A DNA stretch of 63,290 nucleotides, filler included, from Octopus bimaculoides (taxonomy: Eukaryota), in NCBI RefSeq assembly GCF_001194135.2. It is 12 parts of 11 records of this genome, joined end to end, with 100 filler letters (N's around TTAATTAATTAA, not from the genome) between each part and the next. Parts side by side here need not be neighbours in the genome. Positions count along the whole stretch, not along the records: positions 58,647 to 61,957 come from NC_068987.1; positions 62,058 to 63,290 come from NC_069005.1; 10 more parts are not named here. One strand, written 5' to 3'. Every line of letters starts with the position of its first letter. Positions within the stretch are counted from its first letter, which is position 1. Position numbers and translations under genes: made by a program. The notes under the pieces were generated by a model. It worked only from the letters and a program-made list of their open reading frames with translations. It did no database searches and was not told where the DNA came from. Shown here in pieces: positions 60,742-63,290 of the stretch.

Positions 60742-61384
60742 ATTTATATATAATGAATTAAGCGTTTTTAGAAATTAAAGGAATCGGAAACCGGAAGTCA
60801 ATATTCTATTGAATGTTTCAACGAAATATTGATTTCTATCTTCTTTTACTTCATGTCGCAGTAATGTGTTCTCTCTTCCCGTCTGTCTGTCTATTTGTCT
60901 TCCTGTCTATATCTCTTACACACACACACACATACGCACGCGCGAACACTCATTCATATATGCATACATATATACCTACACACACACATATATATAATAT
61001 ATGAATATGTGTGTGTGTCTGTGTATTTGTCTGTGTGTATCTGTGTGTGCACATGCACAAAATCAGGATTACATGCTTTAATAGCTTAGGGATGAAAGGC
61101 CCTTAGCTTATCAATATTTTTTCAAAAGAAATGGAGAAATGTACGTGGTGAGGGTGAAGATACATTCAAGAATATACACCCCATAATTTCACGTTTGCCA
61201 TCGCAGATCAGAGATGAATCAACGTCAGGAAAAAAAAAAGGAATATTAATTGCATATGCGGTGCCCCAGCTTGGCCTCAATCCCCAGGTAAGGGGGAAGA
61301 GATAGACAGATAGAGTAGTCGATTGGCCTTGTGTTTAGTGTCTTGGGCTCACAAACAGACAGACAGATAAATAGATAGATGGAT

Positions 61385-61475
61385 AGATTGATACAGTAGT
61401 CGAGTGATCTTGTCGTTAGTGTCTTGAGTTCATAATCCTAAAGTCATGGGTTCGAGTCCCGGACAGAAAGATGCG
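61385..61475 (+). mobile_element. tRNA-derived SINE head (Met-like anticodon loop), with a partial copy at about 61313
   Basis: gtcttgagttcataatcctaaagtcatgggttcgagtccc contains a B box (GGTTCGAGTCC). No intact cloverleaf acceptor stem is visible. Confidence 0.5.
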
Positions 61476-61617
61476 CCCAGTCCTTTCAAGTAAACGATAT
61501 CATTTCACGTTGCATCTGTCTATACAACTGAATATATGTACCAGGTGAACGCTGGTGTTACTCTGACTCCTTCCATCTGCCAAAAGACAGTCCGTAATTA
61601 TACAAGGCACAAACGAC

Positions 61618-61957
61618 ATTATTGTTATTATTATTATTATTGAGTGAGAGAGCAGTGCATGCCATCAAAGTGACACTGGGGTAAAATATATGAAGCCCAT
61701 TATACCCATCATGACTACCCGTCTGATAAGGGTACACCAGGCACATGCATCACAACCATATGTGCGCGACATGGTAATCTCATATCAAGATAAACAGTGC
61801 ATGACCTCGCAGGTGGGGCCCAGTTAGAATTTTCTTCACGTCGAGTAGCCCATCCCGCTCAAAAGGTCCCTAAATAAGGTTTGTTTAAGGATGTTAAGCA
61901 AAACACCCATGTCTCCAAAGGTGAATTATTCAAACCCCAAAGAATTCTTCTCAACAC
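61618..61957 (-). mobile_element. Repeat family C with (TAA)n tail
   Basis: Homologous to 17521-17830. Confidence 0.8.
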
Positions 61958-62389
61958 NNNNNNNNNNNNNNNNNNNNNNNNNNNNNNNNNNNNNNNNNNN
62001 NTTAATTAATTAANNNNNNNNNNNNNNNNNNNNNNNNNNNNNNNNNNNNNNNNNNNNAAACACAAACACCAAGACACACGCACAAACATAGTGTTGCTAT
62101 TATGCAAAAGTGTCGTAAGTCCAAAACGTTGCTTTTTCAGAAAATAGAAAAATAATTTCACCAATGCATAGCAAAAACCGTTGTACTACACTTTGACAAG
62201 TTTTGATATCTTGGCATCTGAAGCAGCTGGAGATACTATAGTTTGACAAAAAGAACCGGCTACTGCGAGCAAAAATAAATATTGAAAGAAACGCATTTGG
62301 TCAAATTTGGACATGCGACAGTTTAACATAATAACAACTATATACATATATGTCACAGTATTACAGTATCGACTAGATATCAGATGCTA

Positions 62390-62640
62390 TTTTACACCTC
62401 TGGTCACAATGCTCTTCCAATTCTGTCTTGATTACGACATTCGTTTTCCATCTTGACCCAAACTGCTTGACCAAATCGTGTTCCCATCGTCGTGGAGGTC
62501 TTCCAAGTGGCCTTTTCCAATCTCTTGGACACCACTTGGTAACTGCACGGATCCTTCTGTTGCCTATAAGCGTTGCGACATGTCCGGTCCAGTGGAACTT
62601 ATGCTCTCCGTATAGACACGACGGGCTTCCACACAGTTCC
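62390..62640 (-). mobile_element. RTE-clade RT C-terminal fragment
   Basis: KFHWTGHVAT..GNRRIRAVTKWCPRDWKRPLGRPPRRWEHDL. Confidence 0.8.
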
Positions 62641-63290
62641 CGTCAATCAAATTTAATCACAAGTCATCGGTCAGTCTGTGGCTAAAATAGAAGTCGAAGA
62701 CAATAATTGGCCCACTAAGTTGCCTCCCAGTGGGACTGAACTCCTAACCATATGGCTGCTAACCAAGCTTCTTAACTTCAGAACTATGCCTTCGAGTAAA
62801 AACAAAACTGTACGACTGTCCAAATTCCTATTGTATGGAAATTGAATAAACGGTGTCGATTTATTGAGCTTGAAAGTCTGTTGGGTATGAGAGATGGATA
62901 GACGAATCTTGAGAACTGCCTATACAGCACAAAATATTATGCATTTAGCTTTTTTTTAAAAATATTCAAATAATGTTTTATAAACAACAAACAAATAAAT
63001 TCGTTTTGTTTTACGCTGAATAATAGTTAAACGATTTTATTGTTTTTGACCGCTTTTTTAAACACAAATGTAACAATTCCAACTGTAAATCATAATTGTT
63101 AACCCTGGAAGTAGCTGACAAAGGTTCCAGGGGAATTGTTGAAAAGTTAAACTTGTCGTGAAATTTTTGAAAACGATCTTTCACTTGAACTAAGCATATT
63201 TAAGTGTTGACTCTGTATCTAGTTTGTATCAGATTTGCCTACGGAAGATCTTATTCTGGCTGATATAACTTCCACTTCATTGAGGTAACT

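Noticed and set aside
61385-61470. Functional tRNA-Met gene
   Set aside because: The anticodon loop and B box are present but the D arm and acceptor stem do not pair. It is partly duplicated upstream, as expected of a SINE head.

Overview
AT-rich eukaryotic DNA full of repeats and microsatellites. The SINE families and repeat style look like an octopus genome, though that is an inference from repeat recognition. The window is not one contiguous locus: 11 identical 100-bp linkers (N44-TTAATTAATTAA-N44) join 12 separate scaffold pieces, and there are many further N gaps. No intact protein-coding gene can be recognised, and almost all long ORFs in the track are microsatellite or N-gap artefacts. 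Supportable content: decayed non-LTR retroelements (Penelope-like RT and GIY-YIG, Tx1/L1-like endonuclease, RT and 3' end, RTE, R4/Dong-like RT and restriction-like endonuclease, a gag-like ORF1); DNA transposons (two mariners, a maT/DD37D-like element, a Tc1, hAT- and piggyBac-like MITEs, a Helitron-like 5' end); several high-copy SINE-like families; and a full-length CpG-decayed 5S rRNA pseudogene. The most notable finding is a structurally complete type I hammerhead ribozyme at 58439-58485 (+), followed directly by a strand complementary to its own catalytic core, which could act as a conformational switch. Two short-stem-III hammerhead variants sit in Penelope-type termini (19310-19336 + and 46374-46410 -). 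Other leads are minus-strand microexon and exon candidates inside a CpG-depleted scaffold block (8.7-15.9 kb), a GTTAAC palindrome island (3.66-4.94 kb), several inverted SINE pairs and perfect hairpins.
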